A stretch of DNA of 64,000 nucleotides from Amoebophrya sp. A120. Its lineage: Eukaryota > Protista > Dinoflagellata. Below the pieces are notes generated by a model. It saw only the letters and a program-made list of their open reading frames with translations, had not been told where the DNA came from and made no database searches. Within the stretch, counting starts at the first letter, position 1. Every line of letters begins with the position of its first letter. A program made the position numbers and the translations under genes. Of this stretch, positions 37,798 through 50,152 are shown in pieces. The stretch covers positions 9,879,865 through 9,943,864 of the forward strand of contig CAJINV010000001.1 in assembly GCA_905178155.1 (NCBI GenBank), in the 5' to 3' direction.

Positions 37798-38608
37798 TTT
37801 TCGGTCGGATGCTTTCTTTCTATATTGGGGCGAAACAAATCAGTAAAAAAGGTCCAACATCATACTTGCTTCTGTCGTGGCACTTACGAAATAGCTACTG
37901 AAAAACGGAATTGAGTACATACACATAGGTTTAGGTAGTACAAACATAAGAGTTCATTCAGGTCGCCAAGATGTTGTGTGAAACTGCAAAAAGAAAATAC
38001 GGTCCAAAAAAAATTGGGTACGGGTAGGGAAGATCGTTACAAAAGACCATGAGCTTTGATGAGTCACTTCTTGTCATTGGATCAACGCTTTTCTTTTTGC
38101 AAATGTGGCAAAATAAAGGAGTCCTTGATACTGCACATTTGCTCCGGTCAAAAGTGAAAACTGTTGTGGAGCCACCATCGTACTTCGCGGTCGATCGGGG
38201 GCAAAAGCCCGTGCCTGGATCTTCGATCTTGTCGTTCTGTTTCGGATGTGCAATGCATTTAGTTTTAACAGCATCTACACACAAATAAGATCGATCCTAG
38301 ACCTTGTTGTCTTTTCGAAAATACACAACGAATAGCGCGCTCTGCGCGCGAGACAAGAGGAAGAAACTGGCTCACCTCTTTCTTCATCATCGTTGGCATC
38401 ATCCATCATGCCTTTCGCATTTATGTTTTTCTTGGAAAGTGTGCGTTTAAAAGAAACCTGAAAGAGCTCTATCAGGAGAAGCGAGAAAAGGGCTTGATAA
38501 CTTGCTTTGCAAAAAAAGCCGCAAGTAGGCAATTCAGGTCTCAATAGAGTTTGCAGCTTAGCTGAAGCGCAACCGACGTTTGGTGCATCGGCAACAGTCT
38601 CATCCTCT

Positions 38609-41600
38609 CTAACCAGTCTCATCCTCCTCTAGAACTTCTCGGAAGGGCTTGAATTCCGGCTGTTCTTCAGATGTCCATGGCGTTCGCAGGACATCTTGGA
38701 AAGAAGTTCTTATTTTCACCTTCGCCGGCGGAGCGAATGAGAATGACGCGTCCTCTCGTGGTCGTATTCGGCCCCGCCGCCGCGTATCAGCCCCTACCCG
38801 AGAACTCACGTTCTCAGCTGCGGCTTTCCCGTCGGAAAAGAAGTCCGCCGGGCTGCGATTGATCCGAACACTGCGCCGCCTATTATCGTGTGCATAGAAC
38901 GAAGTCGTTTCCGGCATCACCGGTGCGGCCTGGCGCGGGATTGGCGGCAGCTTCCCCAAGGAGGGCACGCGGTAATTGACCGTGACTTCGTTACTCCTGC
39001 TGCCTAGTTCCTTCGATGATGCGATGGCTTGAAATCCGTCGGGCAAAGTCCCGGGCTTCGCAAGCAGGATTCGGTTGTCCAAACTGGTGCCCAGCCCGCT
39101 ATGACCGGCGAGCAACTCTTCTTCCTGGCTGGACGGGTGAAACAGTGTGGAGTCGCTGTTTGCCTGCTCGGTCAAGGACGCTTCCTCGGAGGGAAACCGC
39201 TGTACCCAAAGACCAGTTTGTTCGTCTCGCTGGTACTCTGCTGCTTCGAACCCGCGGTGCCGCAAGAACCGCCGAAATTCGTTTCGCGCAGTCATACGAC
39301 TGTCGTTGCCGACATCCTCTGGTGCTGTTCGCTCCGTTATCGGCATCGGATCTTCGTCGCCTTCGTGGGCCAGGTTGAACTTGTAGCGGTCGAACGTTGT
39401 TGCGAACAATCGAGGGTTGGAATTCGCAAAACCGTACTCCCCGGACACCTTGCCTAAAAGCTTTTTCGGCGCCAGCCACCTCTCCCCGTTTTGGAACGCA
39501 ATCTGGAACACTTCGTCGGTGCCGTGGTCGATTCGCGCTAACCGCTCCACCACCGCGCCTTCGTATCCGGGAGGTGGCCCCTGGTGGCCGCGGTGCGTGT
39601 GGAACTTTGTGACTTCCACCACGTCACCTTCGTACAAGAACCCATCCCACTCTTTGGTCAGGACTTCTGGTGGGAGTGGTGGGAACATGTGATTTAAGCT
39701 CTCAGTGACCACTTTCGCGACTACTGCCGCGGCGGCTGCGGCGCGCTTGGTAAACCAACTCCCCCAGCTGCTCCCTTTCGATGGAGCTGCAGCTGCGGAG
39801 CTGCTCTCTGCGTCCTTTACTTCTGGCTGTCCCGGATTTTTTGGTTCTTCTTCTGGCACAGCTTCCGCTTTCGGTTTCGGTAGCTCCGGATTCTCGACTT
39901 CGTAAAGGCTGTCGCGCGGACTGCGCAGGCGGTTCACGTACATCCGCTCCGCGTAATGCTCGAGCTCTACAGCTCTCTCTTTTTTTCCGCTGTTGCTCGC
40001 GGTGTACAGTTTCTCCTGGTAGGCGTGCCGCACTCTTCGTGCCAGTTGCAGCCAGTCGTGCATCGCGCGTACGCGGTTGTAATGCTCCTCGTCCATCCGC
40101 TCCACGTCATTTTCATTCACCATCATCTGCTCCTCGGAGTTCGCGGCGGGAGGGGGCGGCACGACAGGCGTCGGCGCGACGGCAGGACTCGTCCCTGCAG
40201 CACTACCAGCTGTTCCTGTGGTGCTAGCAGATGTTGAACCTTTGGTAGCTACGTCATCTCCCGTAGTTTTTGTCCCGCCCGATTCTGCGCCCTCGACGTC
40301 TGCCTCCTTTTCGAAATCCGGCACAAAATGCTTTACTTGATCCTCGTTAACTAACAGCGGTACCTGGCCTCGCGTTTTCCAGGAGATCCAACCCCGCACC
40401 TCGCGATCACCCACGGTGGTCTGGACGTGCACCCGCCGCGGGTTGACGCGGCCGATTTCTAACACGCGGAAGGGCTTCTGCGTTAGCTGCGACATTGGCA
40501 CCGGGGGACGGACGATCCCGGAGTCCAGATCCTCTTCCTCATTGAAGACAAGCGTCGTCGCCTTCGGAGTTGCTATTGCTTTGGGCCCCTCTACTACCGC
40601 GGGCTTCTTCCGGAACAAAGACACGCCTGACATGAAACCTTTTTTCTTAACTTCTTCTGGTTCTTTGGGTTTGCTGAAAAGCGCGGGTAAGTACATGTAG
40701 CGGCGGCCGTCGTTCGCATTTGGCGTTAGAAAAGCATCGCTCTCCGGCACCATGTAGGTGCGGCGCTTGGCCAGCAGCTCCGCCCCGCGGAAGGACTTCC
40801 CGAGCTTTCGGGCGGCCTGCTCGGTCTTTTTTAGTTCACGGATCTTCTTCGCGTCGAAAAAGCCATTCAAAGCGTTGTCGTCCAAGGAACTTTTTGCGAG
40901 CCGGTCGGCAACCGTCGGATTCAGCCCGGCAAATGGCTCCACACGATCGAGGCCCCAGTGATCGTGCCGACCTGAATCGCGCGACCAGTGGTTCACCGGC
41001 ACTGACGGGTCCTCCTCCTCTGCGGATTTTTTTTTCAGCCGCTTGCCGACCGGGGCCCAAGCCTCAACCCAGCCTCGGTGGCCGGGCCGAGCGACGTCTT
41101 GCACCTCGCAAATCGTGCCGTTGCTGTCCTTGTCGCTGAGAATCCCGACTACGCGTACCTTCCGGTCCGGCGGAATCACGACACCGCGGATGTTTTGTGC
41201 CGAAGTGTGGTTCGGAGTGTCGGCCGGTTTCTTCGGTCCCGGTTGCACCGCGCCGTTGATAGACACACGGGAGTCCCACGGTGAGGCGCGCAGTGGCAAA
41301 GGTCGCACGGTTTCCCAGATCTGACCCAGGTGGTTGCAGAGCCGCCGTTCCGCGTGGTGCTCGACTAGAATCGTGTCGCGGAGCTCCTGCAGGTGGCGGA
41401 GTTCGGCGGCGGTGTCCGCATCCCCCAGGGCTCCGGCTTCGGCGAGAACCTTCCGCCGCGGGTCTTCCGCGATCCCATTCTGCGCCTCGCCCTTGAAATT
41501 CCTCAGTCCGCCCTTGAAGCCCCCCTCGTCGGGCTCGAAGTCCGTGTATTTCACGTCCGCGCGGCACTTGGCGATCATCGAGTGCACGGCCGCCGGCCGC

Positions 41601-44600
41601 GGCAGCTTCCGGACCTCTTCGTCCAGCAGTTCCAGATCCTTCTTCACGTGCGCGACCATGGTCGGAAGCCCTCCGACGTCGAAGTGGCTCATCACGTGCG
41701 TGTACTGCTGTTTCCGCTTCTGCAATGGCGTCATTTCATCCACCGTCTGTTTGATGTTTCTCGCCCCGCGGACCTTCTTCACGTTGTCCTGACGAATTCC
41801 GAGGAAGTTCTCGATCTCGTGCTTCAGGGAAAAGTGGTCCGTCCCCGCGCCCATTCCCGGCCGCGGCTTCCACGCTGCCGTCTCGGATCCCTCCAGAGCG
41901 GAAAGCGCCATGGGCTCGGGCGTTTCTTCTTGTTCACCTGATGATTCTCCGTCGCCAGCACTTTTCTGCTCCTGTCCGGTACCACCAGGAGCACTCTCTC
42001 CGGCAGCGGTCTTCACGTCCAGCTCCGATGGGGGGATTGTCTCGGGGTGCCGCACCGGAATTTTCCCCGGGGGCCGCCCGCAGCCCTTGCGGTAGAAGGT
42101 GAACACGCCGTCCTGCAGATGGTAGTTTCGGTGCGTCGGGGTGAACACCTGGCAGCTCTTGCGGTACCGTTGCACCGGAGACTGGACCTCCGAGGGCAGT
42201 GGCCGGGGCAGCAGCAGTCGACCAAACCGCGTTCTCTCGTTGAACACGAAACCCCCACAGCGAGGATAGCCGTAGACGTCAACGCCGGCCCGCTCGCACT
42301 GGTCCACACACTCCTGCCTGGTGTCACAGCTCCAGCTCCGGTACCGTAATTGGTCGCAAGGGACCAGCGCGCGATACGGTCGGGAAACGCACCGGCCCTT
42401 CGAGTTGTCGGGTGCAACCTCGTTTGCCAACTCTTTTTCCTGTTCCTCGGTAAGCTTGACATCCACTATCTTCCTTCCTTCTTGCTCTTCCGCTATAGTC
42501 CTGTTTTTTGTGTTCAGTTCTGGCGGTATTATATCCGAAATGAAATGGTGTTGAAACAGACCAAAAGCAGATGCCAGAATCGAAGGGCCCGGACTGCTGG
42601 TCCTGCTGACTACTTAGAGTGACAACTAGGAAAAAGAGACTGTCGCACGAAAGGAGCTTCCATCGTCAAAAAGTACCTGCGCTTTTCCTCGGGGTTCATA
42701 TCTTTGTTGTCTCTGAAGGTGTTTCTCTGATCGGTACTGTCCTTCCACCACGCACACCCGGGCCGGCGCTCGCAGTTCGACTGCGTTTTGTCTTTGGTGC
42801 AGGCTGTTTCGCCTGCGTACAGTGGCTCGCTCTCGTTTGCGTACTCGTCCCCATCTTTGGCGACCAGTGTGGCCACGTCACAAACTCTCTTCGCGTCTTC
42901 GGGAAAGTGCGCTGGCTCCACAGCGGTGTAGCGGAGCCCGGGGTTCCGCAACTTCTGTGTGAACAGTGCCTGCTCCTCCAGTAGGTACCTGCGCTCGTTG
43001 GCAACGTACTTCGCAAACATCTCGTTCAAGAGATCCGCTTCCGTCTTCGCAGTCCCGCCGCCTTTCGCGGGATGTCGCAGCGCGCTGCCCAACGAACTGC
43101 GCAAGCGCGCCACCTCCGGTGGAGCGCCAAAGACGCGCTTCTGTACGAAGTTGTCGTAGCTCGTCGGGTCAGTTATTTTTCTGCTTGCCACCAGGCCGCG
43201 CGGTCCGGTAGCAAATCTATGCGAGGCCTTCGATACGGCACGCACCAAGTTGTATTCCTCTACCCGGCCTGCTGCCTGTACTTCCGACAGGTATGCGGCT
43301 CCCTCGGAGAAACGCGGCGGAACCGTCAGGTTTTGTTGCACATCGGCGACCGCATGCCGTCCCGAATTTACTGTTTTGCTCAACTGTTGCTCTTTCCCCG
43401 CGGCGGCTGCGGCGTCGACGTGCGCGCTTTGTGGCGTGAGCACCAAATCCTGCCATCGCAGCTTGCTGGCCCGTAACTCGGTGTTTACGTTGAAGCCGGA
43501 AACGCGTTCTGCCCCTGTGCTAGCATCCATGTGGTGTACTACCCCTTTTTTTTGCAGAACTGTCCTCGCGGCGGGCAGAACCACTCTGCGCAGCAGAGTA
43601 TCATCCTCTTTGAGGTCATCTAGGACGCACTGACTCACTGCCGGCGTACCTTTCTCTGCACCTTCAGCGGTGAGGAACTTTTGCGGCTGCGGGAGCTTGT
43701 CTTTATTGAAGATAAAACCTGCTAGATCCTTTTCATTCATTCCAAGGGCAGAGCCAGCACACTTCGCATCCGCGGGTGTCGGAGTCGTCACTTTTGCTTT
43801 TTCTTTGTGGTAGACCGTCTTGAGCCCCTGCGCTAACCGCTCCACGATGCTCCGGTCCAGGTCCGCGTGGTCCTCCGGGTGGCTGGGGTTGTAGAGCGAC
43901 AGCAGGTGCAGGTCGCGCTTGCAAAGCTTACCCTCGAAAACGGCACGCCGCGCATCGCACTTAGGGTCTTCATCAAACACGGCAGGCTGCAGCGAGAGCG
44001 GCGCGAGGGGTGGGGCCAGCCCGGCAGTGGTACCACTGCCGGGCTGGAGGGCGCGGGCAAAGATCTTCACAAACTCGCTGCGGTCCCGCGACGCGCGTCG
44101 GTACGCGTCGAAAAATGCGTCTGGGTTTCCGTCGTTCGCCTTCTTCTCCAGCTCCGGGCTCCAGAGCGTTTTGCCGAGCGTGTAGGTAATCTCCGAAGAA
44201 GCGGTTTGGTCCTGCGGCTTTAGATACACGTTCGCGCCGGGAGTGGGTTCTTTCACCGCAAGCTGGTCTTCGCTGAAGGCAGCGCCGTGCCGATCGTGAG
44301 GAGGACTCGCACCGCGCAGCTTTCGCACCTGAAACAGGTGGGTTGCTTTGTGGTCTGCGTCGAAGGCGCCTTCGGTGGCGCGGTCCGCGGTCTCGAGAAA
44401 ACCGTCCCCGTACCCGTCGGGAATAAGCGGTGTCCGCGCCCACACGTCGTACTGCGATAGCGCAGGTTGCGGCTTGTCATCCGAAAACTTTCCGCTTTCC
44501 TCAGCCGGACTGTAGGCGTGCCGGAACACGCTTTTGTCCGGGGTCAGTGCACACACGGTGTTCGGGTGGTCGCGCAGGAAGCGACTCGGCGCGTGGCACT

Positions 44601-47289
44601 TGCGCGACTCAACTTTGCCCGTTTCGTGGAGATTCGGAAACCGCAACACGCTGGGATCGTTTTCCACCTTGGGTTTTTGGCACACCTTTTCGCCAATCTT
44701 CGGGCCACTGGCGACGCCCTCGTCGGGGTACCCGAGATGTTCCGTCCCGAGGGGCAACTTGTTGTCTGTTTGTCCGGCCACCTCAAAGGGAGCTGTGAAC
44801 GTAGCTAGCTTCGCTTCTGCTGCTGTGCACCGCGCCGCTTTCCCGTTTTCGTCCTGACATTTCAGAGCCGGATTGGGTGGCGGCAGGTCGTACAAGAAAC
44901 AGTTTTTGTGGGGCTTGGAGCCCGCAGCTCCCTCAACTGGTGTGAAGTGCTGACTTTTCCGGAACACATAACTGCGACACCCAGGCGTGCTTGCGCACGC
45001 TTCTGCACATAGGTCGATCCGCTGAGCCTGTTGCCCTGGTGTGAGTTTCTTCTCCCCGGGCATAGGCATCTGGTACGTCACAGTGTACTGTGCCATCGGG
45101 TCTCGAGGCTCGATTTCCGGATCCCCTTCCGGACTTGGGAAGTGGTACTCAACTTCATCTTGGTGCGAGCAGTGAGACTCGTATTTACCTTCTAATGCAG
45201 CAGCGTCTACTTCTTCCACGTTCTCAAATAATTTCGGCATGCCCGTCACCTGCTTACCATCTTCGTCTAGGAGTTTCGGTACAAGACCCTCTTTTTCTTT
45301 GTCCGAGATGTGTTTTTGCAACGCTGCATTTTTCCAATCGATAGGTTGGCCGCTCGACGCAAAGGCGGAGACCTCTTGCAGAATTTTACTAGTATGCCGG
45401 CTGCTTCTTGCACGTTCTTGTTGAGCATGATCAGCAATTCCGTGCGGCGACCGAGCGCCGGTTCGATCACGTCGCAGGTGTCGGGATCGCATTGCTCCGA
45501 CCGTCGCTCTTCGTCTGCGACTGCCGATACTTTCTTCCTCTCCTCCGCCGCGTAGTCTGCGCCGCAAATAAGGCAGGTTCAGCAAGCTCCGACGTCGTTT
45601 TCTCCCATGAAGATTGTGCGTCTCCACAGCCGCCGCTGACCGACCGCCGACATGCTGGCGTGTGCGGCTAATTTCTACCTCGCTCGTCGCCTCGTGATGT
45701 TCCTCGAGCACAACTACCGGTCGCGCTGCCGGTTCTGGCCGGCCCTTGCCGCCCGCCTTCGTGTCGTGCTCCACGCCCGAAATCCAGCGCTGCGGCCAGC
45801 GCTCCGCGCGGACACGAAAACTGTCCGGACGCGCCACACGGTTTCCCGTGATGTTGTCCCGGACGGACATCTGAAATAGGATACCATCGATCGCCTTGTT
45901 CACTTCAAACGGCGGGAACACCACTTCTCCGTGTGCGCGCGCCCGCATCTTTCTGGCCTGCTCAGGATTCAACTCCACCGCGTCCTCCGGAACGCCCTGG
46001 TAGGAGGCTCCTTGAGGAGGAACCGATGTTTCCGGCTTCCCGTTTTCCGGAATTTCATCTGGCCGAAGGACCTTCGCCATACCGCTGGCCGCCGCAGTTC
46101 GCGGGTCTTGGACCAGAATGAAAGGGGCTTTTCCGATTCGCTCGTACACCGTGGGGTCATGCAGGTACTCAGGCTCTTTTTCCTCCCCAATCCGCTTGTG
46201 CAGGTACGTCAAGTCGAAGTCGCGGTGCACTTTTTCTGCCGCTTCCCGTTTGACTTTCATCAAATCCATCTCCTTGGTCTTATCGGCACCTGCAGCGGCC
46301 TTGCCAGGCATTAGCGCTTCTCCTTTCGACGCTTTATTCCCACCAGTCGCTAAACCGAGTCCATACGCCGAGAAGGACGGGAGGCTGCCTTCCTTGTCCA
46401 TCGTGAGAACCTTGAAGCGGACGGCGCGCCGGGGATTTACGAGCGCGTACGCAATGTCATTCTCCTCGGGATCCATCGCATCTGTGGTATTCTCCTCTTG
46501 CGCGCCCCGTGCCGTCCGCACGTCGCGGGCGTTGGTGATGCGGTGCCCAATCGCTTTCAACTCTGCGGGATCGCTGGCGAGCTTGTAGAAGTTGCGGAAC
46601 CCGTTTTCCGTCATGCGGTCCGAGCTGGGGTCAAATTTGCGGTCCCCGGAGACCGAGTCAACGGTCCGCACGCCCCGCAGGTAGTGAATCAAGTGGTCCT
46701 TGAGCGCATCTTCCCCCAGGGGCGCCGTGGGTTTCTTGTTGCCGAACAGCTTCCCCAGCGCGGCGCCGAGCGAGGCAGCCGCCTCCGCACCGGTCGCACT
46801 TTTGGCGTCCTCGGCGGCTTGGGCTTTTATTCCGCGCAACTCCGTATCCAGGTCGTACCGCATCAGCGAGAGGAAGCGGTCCATCCGCTTGGGCTGCGCC
46901 CAAAGCTCATCCCGCCAAAACGCGTCCCGAAGCTGCAGGAACTCTGGGCGGTGATTGGCAATCGCGCCGGCAAACGGTATTTCCTCATCCGGGGGCACCT
47001 GCCATGTAAATTCGGTATGTTCATTCGCGTCTTCCGCAGCTTCGGTATTTGCTGCCGGTGGCTGCCCGAAGTTCTCTGGATCAAATTCAGGTTTGACGGC
47101 GCCGTCTTCCTCTGCCGGACCAGCACCAGGCTCACCGGCATCCCCGCCGCTTGCGGCGTCGTCACCAGCTTCCGCGAACGCCGTGGCGAGAGAATTGCCA
47201 TTGCCCCGATGCGACGGCTTCGAGAGCACGTCGTCCTCGAAGAGCTGTTGCCAAAGACGAGAGGATTCTCCGCTGCCGAAAACGCCCAT
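38609..47289 (-). CDS. Giant (~2850 aa) protein with PAN/apple-like and SH3-like modules; 5' exon(s) unresolved
   Basis: ORFs 42610-47289 and 38609-42466 joined by phase-2 GT-AG intron 42501-42676; CAEACASTPGCRSYVF..CFLY and ECVDQCE..CGGFVFN; RGWVEAW and RGWISWK. Confidence 0.7.
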
Positions 47290-47790
47290 GAGCGGCTAAG
47301 TAAAAGCTGCAGTATTTTTCCTTACAGCAACTACATTGCTAGGCTGTACGCACGCAACATGTTGCCCCATTTCCGAAATACGAGCATCGAAGCGCACGAA
47401 GAAGGATTTCGATAGTTACCGATGCGCAGTGCGATTTTTCCGAAGACGAAAAACACGACAAGCCGATAGAATTGCTGTCAAGCCGGTGCTGTGTCGAGGG
47501 AACGAAAAGAATCAGACTCCGCCACGACTCTCAAACGACAGGCAGCGATGGGAAGAAACAAAGTCAGGGTCTGTACGTCCGATCAACAGCTACGAAGACG
47601 ATCTCAACGAACCCTGGAACAACCACGTGAGCCAGGGTTTTGTACTTACTTCAACTGTAAGACGCTTGCTGAGTTCACCTTTTTTCCTATCTTCATGCGG
47701 CATGTGATATTGTGAATTCATCACGGTTTCTTTCTCAACAGCCGGAACGTTGTTGTATTGTGTATTATGTTCACCCGCATCTTTTCCGTC

Positions 47791-49719
47791 CTACATTTGG
47801 TTCAATGGCGTTCCGCCTGCTGTGGTTACAGTTCCCTGGACCATCACTGTTCGCGGTTGGCGGCGGCGCAGCCGATTCCGCACCCAAGCCCCGATCCAGT
47901 ACACGAAGGTGACTAGCATGGTGATCAACACAATGTAGAAGGCAATGGCAATCAGCACCGCGACGATATTCGGCTTGAACTTGGCGCCGCGCTTGGAAAG
48001 GAGCACTTTCCGGTTCTTGAAATCGTAGGTGGTGTAGTACTTTCGATGGAAGACGTCCCCAAGAATCCAAAACGGTGCGTCCTGCGGCTGCAGGCAAGGC
48101 GTGCCATCGGCCAGGCAGTAGTCCTCCCGGGAAAAGGTGTATCTGAAAGGTTCGGGGTACAGCGATAGGCAGAAAAAGAGTACGTGCACTACGAGCACGG
48201 CAACAAAACAAACGATGTTGAATAGTTCATGTTCATGACCCAAAAGAAGTCGTAGACTCATACGTGAAGCTCCCAAGTGCCAGTTCAATGGTCGGCGCGC
48301 GCGGTGAACCACAAATTTCTTGTGGATTGTCAAAGTGCCGCGCAAAGTGAATGAAGTCCTGGGTGGGCATAACCAGGCACGAAGTGCCACTGTCCACCAT
48401 GGCCATGTTTGCGACGCCCTCCTTCTTGCCGATGCGACTGGTCCACATTGGCAACATCCAGTAGAAATACCCTCGGTCTCCGCTGGGTGTCGTGAGAGGG
48501 ACAACGTCGACCTCATTGTACCCGATGTTGCCGAACCTGAATTTTTTTGTTGCAAAACTTCCACCATGCAGAAATGCGGAAACAAAATCATGCACGAGTA
48601 GTAACTCGTCTCGAACTCGATTGTTTGGAGTCCAGGGCAACAAAAAAAACAGCCATACCTCTCTGTCGGGATCGTTCCTATCCGCAATTCCCCGACCTCC
48701 AGATCGTTTCCGTTTGCGTCGGTCATTTCGAAACTGAAAACCGGCTTCTCCAGTTCTGCTCCGTGTTGCGCCAGCCAGGTCTGCAACACCGGTCTATTGT
48801 CCGCCGGCGACGCGAGTTTCTCGAAGCCCATGCCCAAAATTCCGTCAAACGGGGCGGTCGGGAAGGGCTCGACGGTTTCCTTCACGCGCAAGAAGCCTTG
48901 CGTCGTCAACTTCACGCCGCCCCAAGTGACCGTCTCGTTGGAGTAGTACCCCTTGCAGCTCCCTGTGCCATACTGCAGCTCGACCAGCTGGTCACCGAGG
49001 AAGCCGTAGGAGGTAGAGGTTGTGTTGTCGTACTTTGAGTGTTTCATTTCAGGCGTATCACACCTGCTTGGATCGCAGGATATGTCGGGAATCCAAAGGT
49101 TGGAACTCCCCGTGTCGAAAATCACGGTGAAATTTTGGCTCGGCGTCCCAATGCTCACCGGGCCGAAGTACTCGACGTCTTGCTTCCCCGGGTTGATCAG
49201 CGGGATATCAATTTCTTGAAAGGATGACGGGCCGGTCTTCGGCCTCAGTGTGGGCGTTGCCGCGATGAACTTGGTCTTTTTGCTGGCTGCGATCACTTCT
49301 TGCTGGTGCTCCTGTTCGGGAAACTTCCTGCTAGCAGGACCCTCTTGATGATTTTCCTGCTCCGGCCGTGACAAACTGGCATCAGGTAGGTAGTAGGACC
49401 AGGAGCCGGGTGACTTGCGCTGCAAATCCTCCGCCCGCACGTAAAAACGCCTCGTCTTTCCTCTTCTCGGCGTGAGTGCTGCCGTTTTTCTCGTCCGCTT
49501 CTGGACCGGAACGCGGAAGTCGACGCTGCCGCTCTTCTGTTCATCCACGAGTCCACCGCTTGGACTGAAAACATCCGCGAAAAAATCCTCCGCGCCTTTG
49601 TAAACAACCGCGGCTAATCCGAAGCTGGCCAGAATCGCCAATCCAGCGCGCTTCGGAAACCGCCAAGCGGCAGAGCCGTTCTCCTCCGGCACCAACCCGC
49701 ACGAGTGCGGGCACGACAT
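47791..49719 (-). CDS. Pepsin-family (A1) aspartic protease with N-terminal hydrophobic anchor and C-terminal TM, 3 exons
   Basis: VIFDTGSSNLWIP, YGTGS, FDGILGMG, AMVDSGTS, WILGDVF; two GT-AG introns. Confidence 0.92.
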   Translation of the reverse strand: MSCPHSCGLVPEENGSAAWRFPKRAGLAILASFGLAAVVYKGAEDFFADVFSPSGGLVDEQKSGSVDFRVPVQKRTRKTAALTPRRGKTRRFYVRAEDLQRKSPGSWSYYLPDASLSRPEQENHQEGPASRKFPEQEHQQEVIAASKKTKFIAATPTLRPKTGPSSFQEIDIPLINPGKQDVEYFGPVSIGTPSQNFTVIFDTGSSNLWIPDISCDPSRCDTPEMKHSKYDNTTSTSYGFLGDQLVELQYGTGSCKGYYSNETVTWGGVKLTTQGFLRVKETVEPFPTAPFDGILGMGFEKLASPADNRPVLQTWLAQHGAELEKPVFSFEMTDANGNDLEVGELRIGTIPTERYGCFFCCPGLQTIEFETSYYSCMILFPHFCMVEVLQQKNSGSATSGTMRSTLSLSRHPAETEGISTGCCQCGPVASARRRASQTWPWWTVALRAWLCPPRTSFTLRGTLTIHKKFVVHRARRPLNWHLGASRMSLRLLLGHEHELFNIVCFVAVLVVHVLFFCLSLYPEPFRYTFSREDYCLADGTPCLQPQDAPFWILGDVFHRKYYTTYDFKNRKVLLSKRGAKFKPNIVAVLIAIAFYIVLITMLVTFVYWIGAWVRNRLRRRQPRTVMVQGTVTTAGGTPLNQM

Positions 49720-50152
49720 CCTCGCTGTTTAGCTTTCAGAGAATGGGAATGAGGACGACAATGCGAACGATAGTTTCGCGTCTGTATGGAGAGAATTCCA
49801 AGTCGGCAACAAACGAGTCCTGTTAAAATCGCCTCGCAGTGCACGTCTTAGGGTATTTGTTTCGATAAGTCCAGAAAAGCGGTGTGTATGACCGCATCCA
49901 CAACGGAAAGCATTGCTTTGCACAGGAAAAAAAGACGATAGATCGATCTCTCCACACCTTTTGCACTGCCACTCGAGCTCGACAATTATTCCGCAGAAGA
50001 ACACCCGCAGGGCAAATTGAGATTGAGGCCCTCTGGTGCTTTTGGCTCGCAGTCGCACTCCATGGCGATCATGAAGGCTCTATTTACGTGCATCGTGAAA
50101 GCAACAACGCGGCACTTTCTACAACTTGCGAGCTTCAAAGTACTTACATACT

